This document shows, one piece after another, positions 25,640 to 37,500 of a DNA stretch of 64,000 nt. The DNA is from Phyllobates terribilis. Taxonomy: Eukaryota. The notes below the pieces were generated by a model. It was not told the DNA's origin. It worked only from the letters and a program-made list of their open reading frames with translations, and made no database searches. The position numbers were made by a program, and so were the translations under genes. Position 1 is the stretch's first letter. Each line of letters opens with the position of its first letter. The DNA lies in NCBI RefSeq assembly GCF_046119375.1, contig NW_027362769.1:397296001-397360000 (forward strand), written 5' to 3'.

Positions 25640-28200
25640 CTCTTCCAGTCGGCGCTCCTCTCGAGCGCGCTCTCACTCTCACCACCCCCCCCTCTCGCTC
25701 TCTCACCCCCCCCCCCCCCGTCGGCGCCCCCCCCTCTCGCTCTCTCACCCCCCCCCCCCCCCGTCGGCGCCCCCCTCGCTCGCTCTCTCTCCCCGTCCGT
25801 CGGCGCCCCACTCGCTCGCTCTCTCTCTCCCCGTCCGTCGGCGCCCCACTCGCTCGCTCTCGCTCTCCCCGTCCGTCGGCGCCCCACTCGCTCGCTCTCC
25901 CCGTCCGTCGGCGCCCCACTCGCTCGCTCTCCCCGTCCGTCGGCGCCCCACTCGCTCGCTCTCCCCGTCCGTCGGCGCCCCACTCGCTCGCTCTCCCCGT
26001 CCGTCGGCGCCCCACTCGCTCGCTCTCCCCGTCCGTCGGCGCCCCACTCGCTCGCTCTCCCCGTCCGTCGGCGCCCCACTCGCTCGCTCTCCCCGTCCGT
26101 CGGCGCCCCACTCGCTCGCTCTCCCCGTCCGTCGGCGCCCCACTCGCTCTCTCTCCCCGTCCGTTGGCGCCCCTCTCGCTCTCTCTCCCCCTCCGTCGGC
26201 GCCCCTCTCGCTCTCTCTCCCTCCGTCGGCGCCCCTCCACTCCCTCTTTCCCTCAGTGCCTGTCTCACACTCGGTAACTGTCTCTCTCGCTCTCTCTCCG
26301 TCAGCGCCCCTTTCGCTCTCTCTCCCTCCGTCGACGCCCCTCTCGCTCTCTCTCCCTCCGTCAGTTCCCCTCCACTCCCTCTTTCCCTCTGTGCCTGTCT
26401 CACACTCGGTATCTGTCTCTCTCTCTTCGTCGGCGCCCCTCTCCATCTCTCCCCCTCCGTCGGCGCCCCTCTCCATCTCTCCCCCTCCGTCGGCGCCCCT
26501 CTCGCTCTCTCCCCCTCCGTCGGCGCCCCTCTCGCTCTCTCCCCCTCCGTCGGCGCCCCTCTCGCTCTCTCCCCCTCCGTCGGCGCCCCTCCACTCCCTC
26601 TTTCCCTCAGTGCCTGTCTCACACTCGGTAACTGTCTCTCTCGCTCTCTCTCCCTCCGTCAGCGCCCCTTTAGCTCTCTCTCCCTCCGTCGGCGCCCCTC
26701 TCGCTCTCTCCCCCTCCGTCGGCGCCCCTCTCGCTCTCTCCCCCTCCGTCGGCGCCCCTCCACTCCCTCTTTCCCTCAGTGCCTGTCTCACACTCAGTAA
26801 CTGTCTCTCTCGCTCTCTCTCCCTCGGTCAGCGCCCCTCTCGCTCTCTCTCCCACCGTTGGCGCCCCTCCCGCTCCCTCTTTCCCTCAGTGCCTGTCTCA
26901 CACTCGGTATCTGTCTCTCTCGCTCTCTCTCCTTCCGTCGGCGCCCCTCTCCCACCGTCAGCTCCCCTTCACTCCCTCAGTGCCTGTCTCACACTCGGTA
27001 ACTGTCTCTCTCGCTCTCTCTCCGTCAGCGCCCCTTTCGCTCTCTCTCCCTCCGTCGACGCCCCTCTCGCTCTCTCTCCCTCCGTCAGCTCCCCTCCAAT
27101 CCCTCTTTTCCTCCGTGCCTGTCTCACACTCTGTATCTGTCTCTCTCCCGCCGTCGGCGCCCCTCTCCATCTCTCCCCCTCCGTCGGCGCCCCTCTCGCT
27201 CTCTCCCCCTCCGTCGGCGCCCCTCCACTCCCTCTTTCCCTCAGTGCCTGTCTCACACTCGGTAACTGTCTCTCTCGCTCTCTCTCCCTCCGTCAGCGCC
27301 CCTCTCGCTCTCTCTCCTTCCGTCGGCGCCCCTCTCGCTCTCTCCCCCTCCGTCGGCGCCCCTCTCGCTCTCTCCCCCTCCGTCGGCGCCCCTCTCGCTC
27401 TCTCCCCCTCCGTCGGCGCCCCTCTCGCTCTCTCCCCCTCCGTCGGCGCCCCTCTCGCTCTCTCCCCCTCCGTCGGCGCCCCTCTCGCTCTCTCCCCCTC
27501 CGTCGGCGCCCCTCCACTCCCTCTTTCCCTCAGTGCCTGTCTCACACTCAGTAACTGTCTCTCTCGCTCTCTCTCCCTCCGTCAACGCCCCTTTCGCTCT
27601 CTCTCCCTCCGTCGGCGCCCCTCTCGCTCTCTCTCCCTCCGTCGGCGCCCCTCTCGCTCTCTCTCCCTCCGTCGGCTCCCCTCTCTCTCTCTCTCTTACT
27701 CCGTCGGCTCCCCTCCACTCCCTCTTTCCCTCAGTGCCTATCTCACACTCGGTAACTGTCTCTCTTGCTCTCTCTCCCTCCGTCAACGCCCCTTTCGCTC
27801 TCTCCGTCGGCGCCCCTCTCCCTCTCTCCCCCTGCACCCCTCTCCCTCCGTCAGCGCCTCTCTCGCTCTCTCTCCCTCCGTGCCCCCCTCCACTCCCTTT
27901 TCCCTCAGTGCCTGTCTCACACTCGGTAACTGTCTCTCTCCCTCCGTCGGTGCCCCTCTCCCTCCACTCCCTTTTCCCTCAGTGCCTGTCTCACACTTGG
28001 TAACTGTCTCTCTCCCTCTGTCGGTGCCCCTCTCCCTCTCTCTCCCTCCGTGCCCCTCCACTCTCTCTTTCCCTCAGTGCCCCTCCACTCTCTCTTTCCC
28101 TCAGTGCCCCTCCACTCTCTCTTTCCCTCAGTGCCTGTCTCACACTCGGTAACTGTCTCTCTCGCTCTCTTCGTCAGTGCTCCTCCCTCTTCATCAATGC
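25640..28200. repeat. Compound CpG-rich/CT-rich minisatellite (30-32-bp units plus a ~50-bp module)
   Basis: ccgtcggcgcccc(a/t)ctcgctc units interspersed with cactccctctttccctcagtgcctgtctcacactcggtaac. Confidence 0.93.
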
Positions 28201-28299
28201 CTGTCTCACTCTACCCCTCATTCCCTGCCCCTTCACCAGTGTCTGTCTCTTTCTTCCCCCCTCTCGGTGCTCGTGTGTCTATTCCTCTCTCTGTATCTC

Positions 28300-29000
28300 T
28301 TCCTCGGTAACAGTCTCGGTCCCCTCCTGCAGTCTCGCTCTCTGCCAGTCTCCGTCTCTCTCGGTGTCCGTCTCTTTCCCGCCCTCGCGCTGTCTCGGCT
28401 GTGCTCGTCTCTTTAGCAGCAGTCTCCAGGGCGTTTCTGTGCTGCGGGGCGATCGCTCTCTCACCTGGCTGTCTCTCCGCTCCCGGCTGTCTCTTCCCCC
28501 GGATCCTCTGTGTCTCAGTAACGCCGCCTGCATCCTGGACCTGCACTTTCGCCGCAGGGCGGCCCTTTCGTCACCGGCTCCTCGGCTGTTCTCGGAATTA
28601 TTCGGTCTGCTTCCCCGCTACAGTCTCCCCGCTCGGCAGCCATCCATCCTCCCGCCGGAAGCCCGGGTTATTAATTTATCCACATTTTCAATCGTGACGA
28701 ATCTGCGTCCAGAGAGATAACTTTACTTGCTCCGTTCATCTCCCGTCGCACTTTCAATACACAAATTTAAAAATCCATTTTTTGCTTTATTCCCCCATTT
28801 TGCGTCTTTTCTGGACAAATTCACACTGACAAATTGACTGCGGCAGCAATAAATATTAATTTTTCCGTTATTTCCTATCTGCTTTTTAACGAATCTGCGG
28901 CGTCGGATGCGATTATAAACGGCGACATCTGAGGAGGAGCCGCGGCGGCTTGTACCATAGAGTCCGGGGCATAGGGCAGAGCGCCGCGTCTCTCCCAAAC
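28300..29000 (-). promoter_or_regulatory. CpG-rich segment; candidate SETD1A promoter / non-coding exon 1
   Basis: Unique CpG-rich DNA with a minus-strand CAG|GTGAGA donor (exon end 28465) and a CCGGAAG motif near 28655; the SETD1A ATG exon has a splice acceptor, so it needs an upstream exon. Confidence 0.5.
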
Positions 29001-29579
29001 TATAGGAATACAGTTTTTTATTTCTCAGAAATAACTTTGTCACTGAACGTTGAACAATTGTCACAGTAAATACACATATGAACAATGGAGGGTGGGGGGT
29101 TCACATACTTATGCTATAAATAAACTATTCTGACTGGTGGTAGCGCGTCCCACTTATATGTACTACCCTTGGATAATTTCATACTTTTACCTATTTTTCC
29201 TCTAAGTTGCCATGGTAACATCCTTCATAATGGCCGTCCTCTAAGTCCTTCGCCTCCGGCTCTTATAAACCTGAGATCATTTAATAGGAAGATGAAAGAT
29301 CTGTCATTTTCTCACGTAACCGCGGCGCCTACGTTTGTTTTATGCTCCAAAAGTATCTACGGCGCCGTTTACCCGTCAGAAGACATAATTGTGCCGCCTT
29401 TTTGGGGTCTTTTTGTAGAATGGGACATCAAAATAGAGGCCATTATTCCATAGGACGGTCTACAACAAAATGGCGCACGTTATAGGTATCTATGGGCGAC
29501 CTGTCCTCATCGCGTATACGTCCAACAAAGGCCTGAAACTTGACATAGACGTCCGAAGGGCGACTCCGTGCGTTCTGCC

Positions 29580-29876
29580 TGAGCTTAGACACAGGCTGGA
29601 GTGAAAGTTTAGTATCTCCTTTATTACAGCAGTATTTTGTGCTCCAGAGCTGCACTTCGTGCTGAAAAAGGGATAGAGAGTCGCCATCGTAGTCAGCCAT
29701 TTCGGATCATTAAAGGGGTAACCCGTCTGAGGTTAGACACAGGCTGGAGTGAAAGTTTAGTATCTCCTTTATTACAGCAGCATTTTGTGCTCCAGAGCTG
29801 CACTTCGTGCTGAAAAAGGGATAGAGAGTCGCCATCGTAGTCAGCCATTTCGGATCATTAAAGGGGTAACCCGTCT
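29580..29876. repeat. 148-bp near-perfect tandem duplication
   Basis: ttagacacaggctggagtg at 29585 and 29733. Confidence 0.92.
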
Positions 29877-32122
29877 CCTCTGACTTCAATATCTGCGATA
29901 AGTGCTGCAAGTGATATCACACATACAGATACCCACCAGCTTGCGGCAGCTATGGCGCCCCTGTCCTATTCATAAGTGAGCCGCCATATCTGTAGACACG
30001 ACGTCACCAGCCGTGCTCGTCTCCTGGATCGCCCCCTTCACCTGCACATACAGACTTCCTATGTTTTCTTCTTTTTTGTGTCGGAGATAATTCACACGAT
30101 TCAGCGGTTTTCACTTACAAATGGACGTCACGTTTTTTCTCGTGTAGCGTGTTCTTAATAGAAGCCAGACAATGCGGAAGTGGCACCAAAATCCTGAAGG
30201 GTGTTTCCACATCAAGACCTCCGGGTTACCGGCGTAAGAATAACGCTCACATGGAGTGTTTTATTTCTAATGTGGATTTTTTTTTTTTTTTGCGCAGCTT
30301 TGTAAAATCGTCTGTTTTTCTTCTGCAGTTTGGATGCAGCTTGTGCTGCGTTTTTTCAGTGCTGCTTTTGAAGCTTAAAAAATGTATTTTAGCAGTCATT
30401 TGTAGTCATAAAAAGTGAAAAACAGACACGTATTTCCTTTATCCCACATCCGCCTTGATTTAGTCAACAGAAAAAAAATGAAAATGGAATAAAAATCAGG
30501 CTTCAAATATTACGGGGAAAAAAAGCAAATATTAATTGAGTATCCCAGCGAGAAAACATATTTACAGCATGTCCGAAAAATACTCTTTTTATTTTGTTCT
30601 CTTTTCAATCAATTATTTTTATACATCGGACACATTCTTGTTTTATTTTTTTGGACGGGTCCTGGGCTAGTGACAGTGATATAACTTTCAGCAGCTTTTA
30701 TATACACATTAATGTCACACATTCTGTCCCCCCCATAAAATCATAAAAGACATTTGAGGAACATTTTTGATAATCTATTTTTTTATTTATTTAACCATCG
30801 CTGCCTTCTCTATGGGGAATTGGTCTGTGTCAGAACTCCCTGCTCCACCGATCTCCATGAAGCCGCTTGCACTCCAATGACATTTTAGATCATCATTGCA
30901 GACTAATATGGAGACCGCCCGGATGTTTATAGTCTATGGTTGGTTTGCAAATAGAGAGAACCTGTCACCTCTGAAAATGTTATTTACCTACAGATATAGG
31001 GTTATACTATACTGTAAGCAAACCCCGACACTTTGATTGACAGCAGGCTATGCAGCGCATCTGTACTGTGTCGTACTTGTAGATTATGATTCATTCCATT
31101 CATGAACACCACCACCACTGAAAGCCGGCTGCTCCCTGGAGGAAATAAGTTAATTTTTTCCTCGTAGCAGCACTGTCAGTAAGATGACCGGACCGCATTG
31201 TAACGCTATTTACGTGCAGTTAATAAAACACATAAAAAATAAAGTCTGCAAGCGTATCTTTACATCTTACTTGACAATTTTTGCAGCTGTTACTCCAGTT
31301 GAGGATTGTTTGTGGAAAGTGAAATCCACTTGTAAAAATTTTTGCCCACATGGAGCAAAAATTCCTTCCTCCCAAAATGACCTCTCTTCCAACCCTGGAT
31401 GTTCAACTGGACGCTGGGGCTCCGTGTAATGAAGAATTATCTCAGTGTCATGCCGAGAAGTGCTGGTTCACAGGAAATTCACTGGCACTCAGGAGCTTTG
31501 CCAATCTTTCTGGGACAGGCTCACTTTTTTCTCCAAGCGCCTCATAACTGAAATCTGTCACACTTCTGAAGATCCCCACTCTTGATTTTGCTCTAAAATG
31601 GTCATCCCATAGCAGTGGTGTAGTGTGCGGGCGCCGCAGTCTATTGGACTTAGGACTAGGGTAGTAAAATTTTTAAAAAATAAAAATGTATTGAAAAAGC
31701 AATGTAACAAGTCAGTGATTTTTCTCAAATGCAAAAAAAAAAAAGGGCGCACTGGTTCCGATTTCAATACATTTTTGGCCGTTTTTTAAAGTCCACGTGT
31801 CACCGATTTCTCTTGTGACAGGTGGACAAAACCCTCATTAAAGTTTCCCGTCTTTTCCTGGTTATCAGTCAGTAATAAAATCAAGAGAAACCAATACAAC
31901 CTGGGCGGCTTTCGCACGCCATCCATTTTTTTTTTTTTTTGCCAACTCATTTAATAAAATGGACGTTTGATCCACAAAGCGGACAAATATCAGATTGACG
32001 TGCAAATGCTGGAGATCACTTATACCTAAATCTGCTTGTGTAAATGGACCCACAAGGTCACAGTTTCCCCTCTGGATTACCAGACTAATGAACCCTCAGC
32101 TTCTAATTTTTTTTCTTAAAAT

Positions 32123-32254
32123 ATAATAATTATAATAATAATAATCTTCATTTTTATACAGCGCCAACATATTCCGCCACGCTTTACATACATTATCATC
32201 GCTGTCCCCATTGGGTCTCACAATCTAAATACCCTATCTGTATGTCTTTTGGAG
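32123..32254 (-). mobile_element. Truncated SINE/L2-type 3' end with (TAA)n tail
   Basis: (TAA)n followed by tttatacagcgccaacatattccg...ctcacaatctaaa, resembling a common amphibian retroposon 3' end (recognition from memory). Confidence 0.5.
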
Positions 32255-33499
32255 TTATTGTTAAATTATTGTTAATTATTGTTAAAAGTGGACACTAATG
32301 GGAAAGATTGTATCCGTGAGCCCCGAGAGTCGCTGCCGCTTTTGGACAGTCACCGGGTCTCATCATCCTTATTTGATTTTAGCCTTATTAAAGGGGTGTT
32401 CCATCATTTAGGGAAAAAGCATTTATTTATTTCTGTACTTAAATACAAGTTTTTTAGGCTATAAAATAATTTCTGCAATTGGTGTTCATTAAAAACATTG
32501 CACTTCTGCCTTCTATAGCCTGTGTATGCCACAATGAATGAGTTAACTAAGAATCCATCAGGGCGCTCCTTCTAAAAGGAGTTTGTAAAGCTGTGTTCAT
32601 ATTGCCCTTTGCCTCATGTCAGAGGCCCCTTCGTATCTTACATCCAAAACCCTGAAAAAAAGGGGATTTTGGGGGGTATGCGCTTTGGGGGCCATTGACT
32701 GCAATGATGCTGTGTGTTCTGTCGGACATCATTTTCATCTGTAGCCACTTATTTGAGGCAAGCTCCAAGATGGGGTTAACTGCATTGGATGTTACCTCAA
32801 ATAGGGGGATACGGTCGAAAATGATGTCCAGGAAACAGTGACCCCGTCTGCCTTACAGCTGTCAGTGCGTACCCCCCAAATCCAGTTATCTACGACTTCA
32901 GACGTAAGCCCTGACTGATCCACGGATGTGAAGGTAAGACGCCATGTACACCTGGCCTTTTATTTTTTTAAATGTTTTTCTGAAAAGCCCCATAAAGACT
33001 AGATCATGAAGCAGTGCTGCAATATAAAGCATGGCGGAGGGACACAGCCTTTAGATTCCAGTAGACCATGTAGCTGATGGAAGCCGTGGCATATGACATA
33101 TTAACTAATTCTTTATTGTAAAGCACACGGCCACAGGTGTAGCCCCCCCGTCTCTCCCCTCAGGTGGTGCCGTCACCCGGGACAACCAGACGGCTCCTCC
33201 CCTCTACGTCATGGCGAGAATGGGAATCTGGTTGCCATGGGCAACAATAACGACAACACAGATTTTAGCTTTTATTCTCCCACCCGACTGGTTGCTACGA
33301 GCGACGACTCCACTTTTCATCCCCTAGCAACTAAATTACAACTTTTTATTAGTCCAGTTGAAAAAAGTTAAAAGAACGGTTGTTATGGGCAACGGCTTTC
33401 TTTTTTTGTTTTTTTGTCTATACTGCACTTTATACATAGACTGCGGTCTCAGACGTCTCTCACACTGCGGCCATCATGACCCATTTACTGAAAATAGAG

Positions 33500-34300
33500 A
33501 AAAAAAGCCAAACAGAAAAAAAAAAAAAAAAACTACATTTCCCGGCAGGCCACACTGCCCGGAAGTCGGACACTTCCTTTTCCTCCTCGCATCCCCCCCC
33601 TCCCAAGACTACATTTCCACGCGTCCTCCGCGGCCACACCGCCGCCGCCATCTTGCTTGTGGTCCCGCGCGCTTCCGCCTTCCCATAGCAGAGAATGGGA
33701 CTAGTACCCTGGTGAAGACTACACTCCCCGGCGTGCCCCGCGGCTCTGTGGGCGGGAGCTGTAGCCTTTCCCACTGGGCGGCCATGTTGGATGTGGTATT
33801 GTTGTGTGTGTGAGTGTGAATGTGAGGGGAAGGCAGGCAGGGGACTGGGGGCAGCTGGTTTAGGGCCCACTTTCGGGAATCAGGGGCCCCTGACGGAGTC
33901 AGTCCTAGCTGCTTGTATAAGAGGGGAGCCGGGGCCAGCCGGCAGGAGATGGGGCAGCCATAGAGGGAGGAGGAGCAGGCGCCGGTGACTGCAGGGAGAT
34001 CCGCAGCCCTGTGCAGCAGGGAGAGGGACAGGCGCCGGTCAGGGGGGCAGCTGCTCCTGGAGGACCCTGGGGGTCGTGGTCTGTATTGTTGGGGCACACA
34101 CCCCTTTCCTGGAGGATGCTGGGAGAGTAGCGGGCGGGGGACCTGTGATAGCAGCTCTGGGGTATGGCCCCCTCCCCCGTGTAGCATGGTGGGCCGCTGT
34201 TACTGATCGCCCCCGAGAAGACCCCCTGATTGTGATCATGAGCCGCGGGCAGGCTCGGTCAGCAGCGAGGAGCAGGTGAGTGGTGGCCAAGATGGCGGCC
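33500..34300. promoter_or_regulatory. CpG-island promoter upstream of FBXL19 with ZNF143/SBS, ETS/GABPA and YY1 motifs
   Basis: ACTACATTTCCC 33532, ACTACATTTCC 33608, ACTACACTCCCC 33718, rc GCTACAGCTCCC 33754-33765; CCGGAAGT 33559; GCCGCCATCTTG 33644-33655; CAAGATGGCGGC ~34288; CpG dense. Confidence 0.75.
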
Positions 34301-34386
34301 TTAGTCATTGGTGACCGCGGTGCTCACGTCCGCCCTGTAACGTCTCCGTCCTGCAGGTGCGGCCGCAGCTGAGGCCTTGTCGGGAG

Positions 34387-34554
34387 ATGTCGGGGAAGGG
34401 TCTGGGGGCTGCGCGGCGCAGGAGGACGCGCTGCCGGAAGTGCGAGGCCTGTGTGCGCAACGAGTGCGGAGAGTGCAACTTCTGCAAGGACATGAAGAAA
34501 TTCGGGGGCCCCGGACGGATGAAGCAGTCCTGCCTGAAGAGGCAGTGCACGGCG
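34387..34554 (+). CDS. FBXL19: FBXL19 CxxC exon (exon starts 34357)
   Basis: ctgcag acceptor at 34356, GAGATGT start, GTAAG donor; 56 aa. Confidence 0.95.
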
Positions 34555-37500
34555 GTAAGGAGGGGGAGGGGGACGGGGGTGACACTGTGGCGGCACAGAG
34601 GGCACGGTAATGACGCCGTTCTCTTTTCCTCCGCAGCCCGTCCTGCCACACACGGCCGTCTGTCTACTGTGTGGAGACGCCGGGAAGGAGGACACCGCGC
34701 AGGATGAGGAGCAAAAGTTCAACCTGTCGCTCATGGAATGTACCATCTGCAACGAGATCGTCCACCCCGGCTGCATCAAGGTACGGCCCGACCAGGGATA
34801 CCGCCACCGTCAAAACATTCAATCCACCCTGCGTTGTAATGTAGGTTTATTAGTAGCATCTACAGACTGGAGGCTTTGCCAGTCCTTCACCAATCCTTTA
34901 CCATGAGCATCGCCGTCCTTTGCCACGAGCACCATCACACTTTTCCTTCAGCTTTCTTGTCCAGTAGAGGTGACCTCTTAGAGATCTCCAGCCATTACTC
35001 TGCCCCTTACTGAATTACCTAAGCCTGGGATTGCTCTCTGGTCTCCTCAGGGATCTGGTGATCACTTCCTGTTTCTCTGGGGATCTGATGAGTTTTCTCC
35101 TCACCTGATGCCACTAATGAGGCCGGGTTGATTAGATCAGGTGCTGGACACCCGGCGCTCACTGAGGAGGCAGATACCGGCTCATGGTAGAGGGGAAGCT
35201 GGAGACGGTGCTGGCAGTCGGTGTAACTTTGTTCTTTTGACTTCAGAGAAGTTTCTCCACTTTGCTGATAGTTTACAGTGTGGGGGAGGGGGTGGATGGT
35301 TGTGATTGCAGCCGATCATAAGGGATCATGGTGAGGAACTGAATAAAGTCCCAAAACATTTCTCCAAATCTTTGCTTCCTGTCAGTGAATGGAAGCACAT
35401 TAGATATGAGAATGTAATCGACGTCTTCTCTCCACAGATGGGTAAAGCTGAAGCCGTTATCGACACGGAAATCCCCAACTGCTGGGAGTGTCCGCGCTGC
35501 GTGAGAGAAGGCCGCACATGTAAGGTAAGTGTGGGGGAAGGGTCTGGGCATAGATCGGGGCTCGGTGGGGTGTAGACCCTGCCCCCGACTGCGGCTCTGG
35601 TGCCGGCTGTGCCCACCTGCAGGTGCGAGGCACAGACTCACAATGTGAGGAGAAAGTCGTCCCCATCTCCTTAGTGAAAGGGAAGGTGAAAATCTGAAAA
35701 CTAAGCATCAGTGTAGTGTAAACCCCAGTGTATGTTGTCATGGATCAGAGATGTGTGTGTGTGTATGTATGTGTGTGTATGGGCCTTGAAAAAGTCTTCA
35801 TGCGCCATGAAGTTTTCCACTTTACGCCTGCAAACTTGCATGTATTTTCTGTGACACCAACACTTAGTAACAATAAAAGAAATGATAGGTGGTGTACTAA
35901 ATGTATAAATCTGACCATTGTGCCGTGCATTAGTCTTCAGCACCTGAGTGAGTACTTTGTAGGACCACCTCTCTGCTGCAGTCTTTTGGCGTCTGTCTCT
36001 CCCAGCTTTGCACATCTAGAGGTGACATTTTGACCCGTCTTCTTTGCACTCTCACTCAGTGATTGGATGGAGACGTCTGTGATAAGTATGTGAGTATCAG
36101 TATCAGTCTGTGATCACATCTTGTCACAGATTCTCTGGGATTTGGGTCTGGACTGTGACTGCGCCGTTCACACATGGGAATATGTTCTGATCTAAACCCT
36201 CCATTGTGGCTCTGCAGGATGTTGAGGGTCGTTGTCCTACACCCCAGTCTCTCTTCTTTTGCAGCCTCTGAGGTTTTCCTCCAGTATTGTCCTGCATCTG
36301 GCTTCATCCATCTTCGCATCACCTCTGACCAGCTTCCCTGCCCCTGCTGAAGAAGCTTCCCCACAGCAGGATGCTGCCACCACCATGTCTGACTGTGGGG
36401 ATGGTGATTTCAGGGTGATGTGCAGTGATAGTTTTCCATCACACGTAGCGTTTTGTTTTTAGCCCAAAAAGTTCTCCTTTGGTCTTATCTGAGCAGAGCC
36501 CCTTCCTCCACATGCTCGCTGTGTCCCCTACATAGAATTTCTTACTACTTTCAAAAATCTTTCTTCTTGCTGCTCTTCCATAAAGACCTGATTTGTGGAG
36601 TATACAACCAATAGTCGTCCTGTGGACAGTCTCCCCTCTGACCTGTGGATCTGCAGCTCCTCCAGTGACCTTGGTTGCTTCTCCTTGCTTGGGATGTCAG
36701 GTTAGGTAGACGGCCATGTCTTCCCAGGTTTGTAGTTGTGCCATACTTCCATTTTTGAATGATGGATTGTTGGTCCCTGAGATGTTCAGAGCTTGGGCTA
36801 TATATTTATATATTTATTTTTTTTTTTAATAACAACCTAACCCTGCTTTCCGCTTCCCCACTACTTTATCCCTGACCTGCCTGGTGGGCTCCTTGGTTTT
36901 CTGCTTTATCCCTGACCTGCCTGGTGGGCTCCTCTGTTTTTCATGAGGCTGTTTGATCCCTAATGTTCTCACACAAACTTCTGAGGTCTTCACAGAACAG
37001 CTGCAGTTATACTGAGAAGAAATCACACCCAGGTGGACGCAATGTACTAATTATGTGACTTCTGGGGGTGATCGGTCACTCAGGATGTTATTTAGGGGGA
37101 TCAGACTACAGGGGGGGCTGAATACTAATGCAAAGAACAACTGTCAGATTTATATATAAATAATTAGAAAACCCAGTATCATTTCCTTTTCATGTCACAA
37201 ATACTTGTTACTTTGTGTGTTGGTGTCACATAAAACCCCAATAAAATACATTTCAGTTTGTAGCTGCAATGTAGAAAAGTTCACGGGGTATGAAGACTTT
37301 ATCAAGGCGCTGAGTGTGTGGGAAGGGGGGGACCACTTTTTGTCTCTTAAAAGATGGTGAAACGAAAATCCCAAGGGTTTTGGTTTTTATTTTTTACTAC
37401 TTTTACACAATTAAAGATGAAATAAACAAGGCATCGCCGTCGTACTGACCCAGAGAATAAAGGGACGGACGGACCAAAAGTTTGGACACACCTTCTCATT

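Noticed and set aside
25326-28152. Long repetitive ORFs on both strands
   Set aside because: Compound minisatellite translation.
29443-29700. 85-aa minus-strand ORF MADYDGDS...
   Set aside because: No recognisable family; overlaps the 148-bp duplication and MITE-like sequence; no supporting splice structure.
33460-33651. MAAAVWPRR ORF with a strong Kozak context
   Set aside because: The ATG is part of a YY1 motif and the frame runs through promoter motifs and a poly-T tract.
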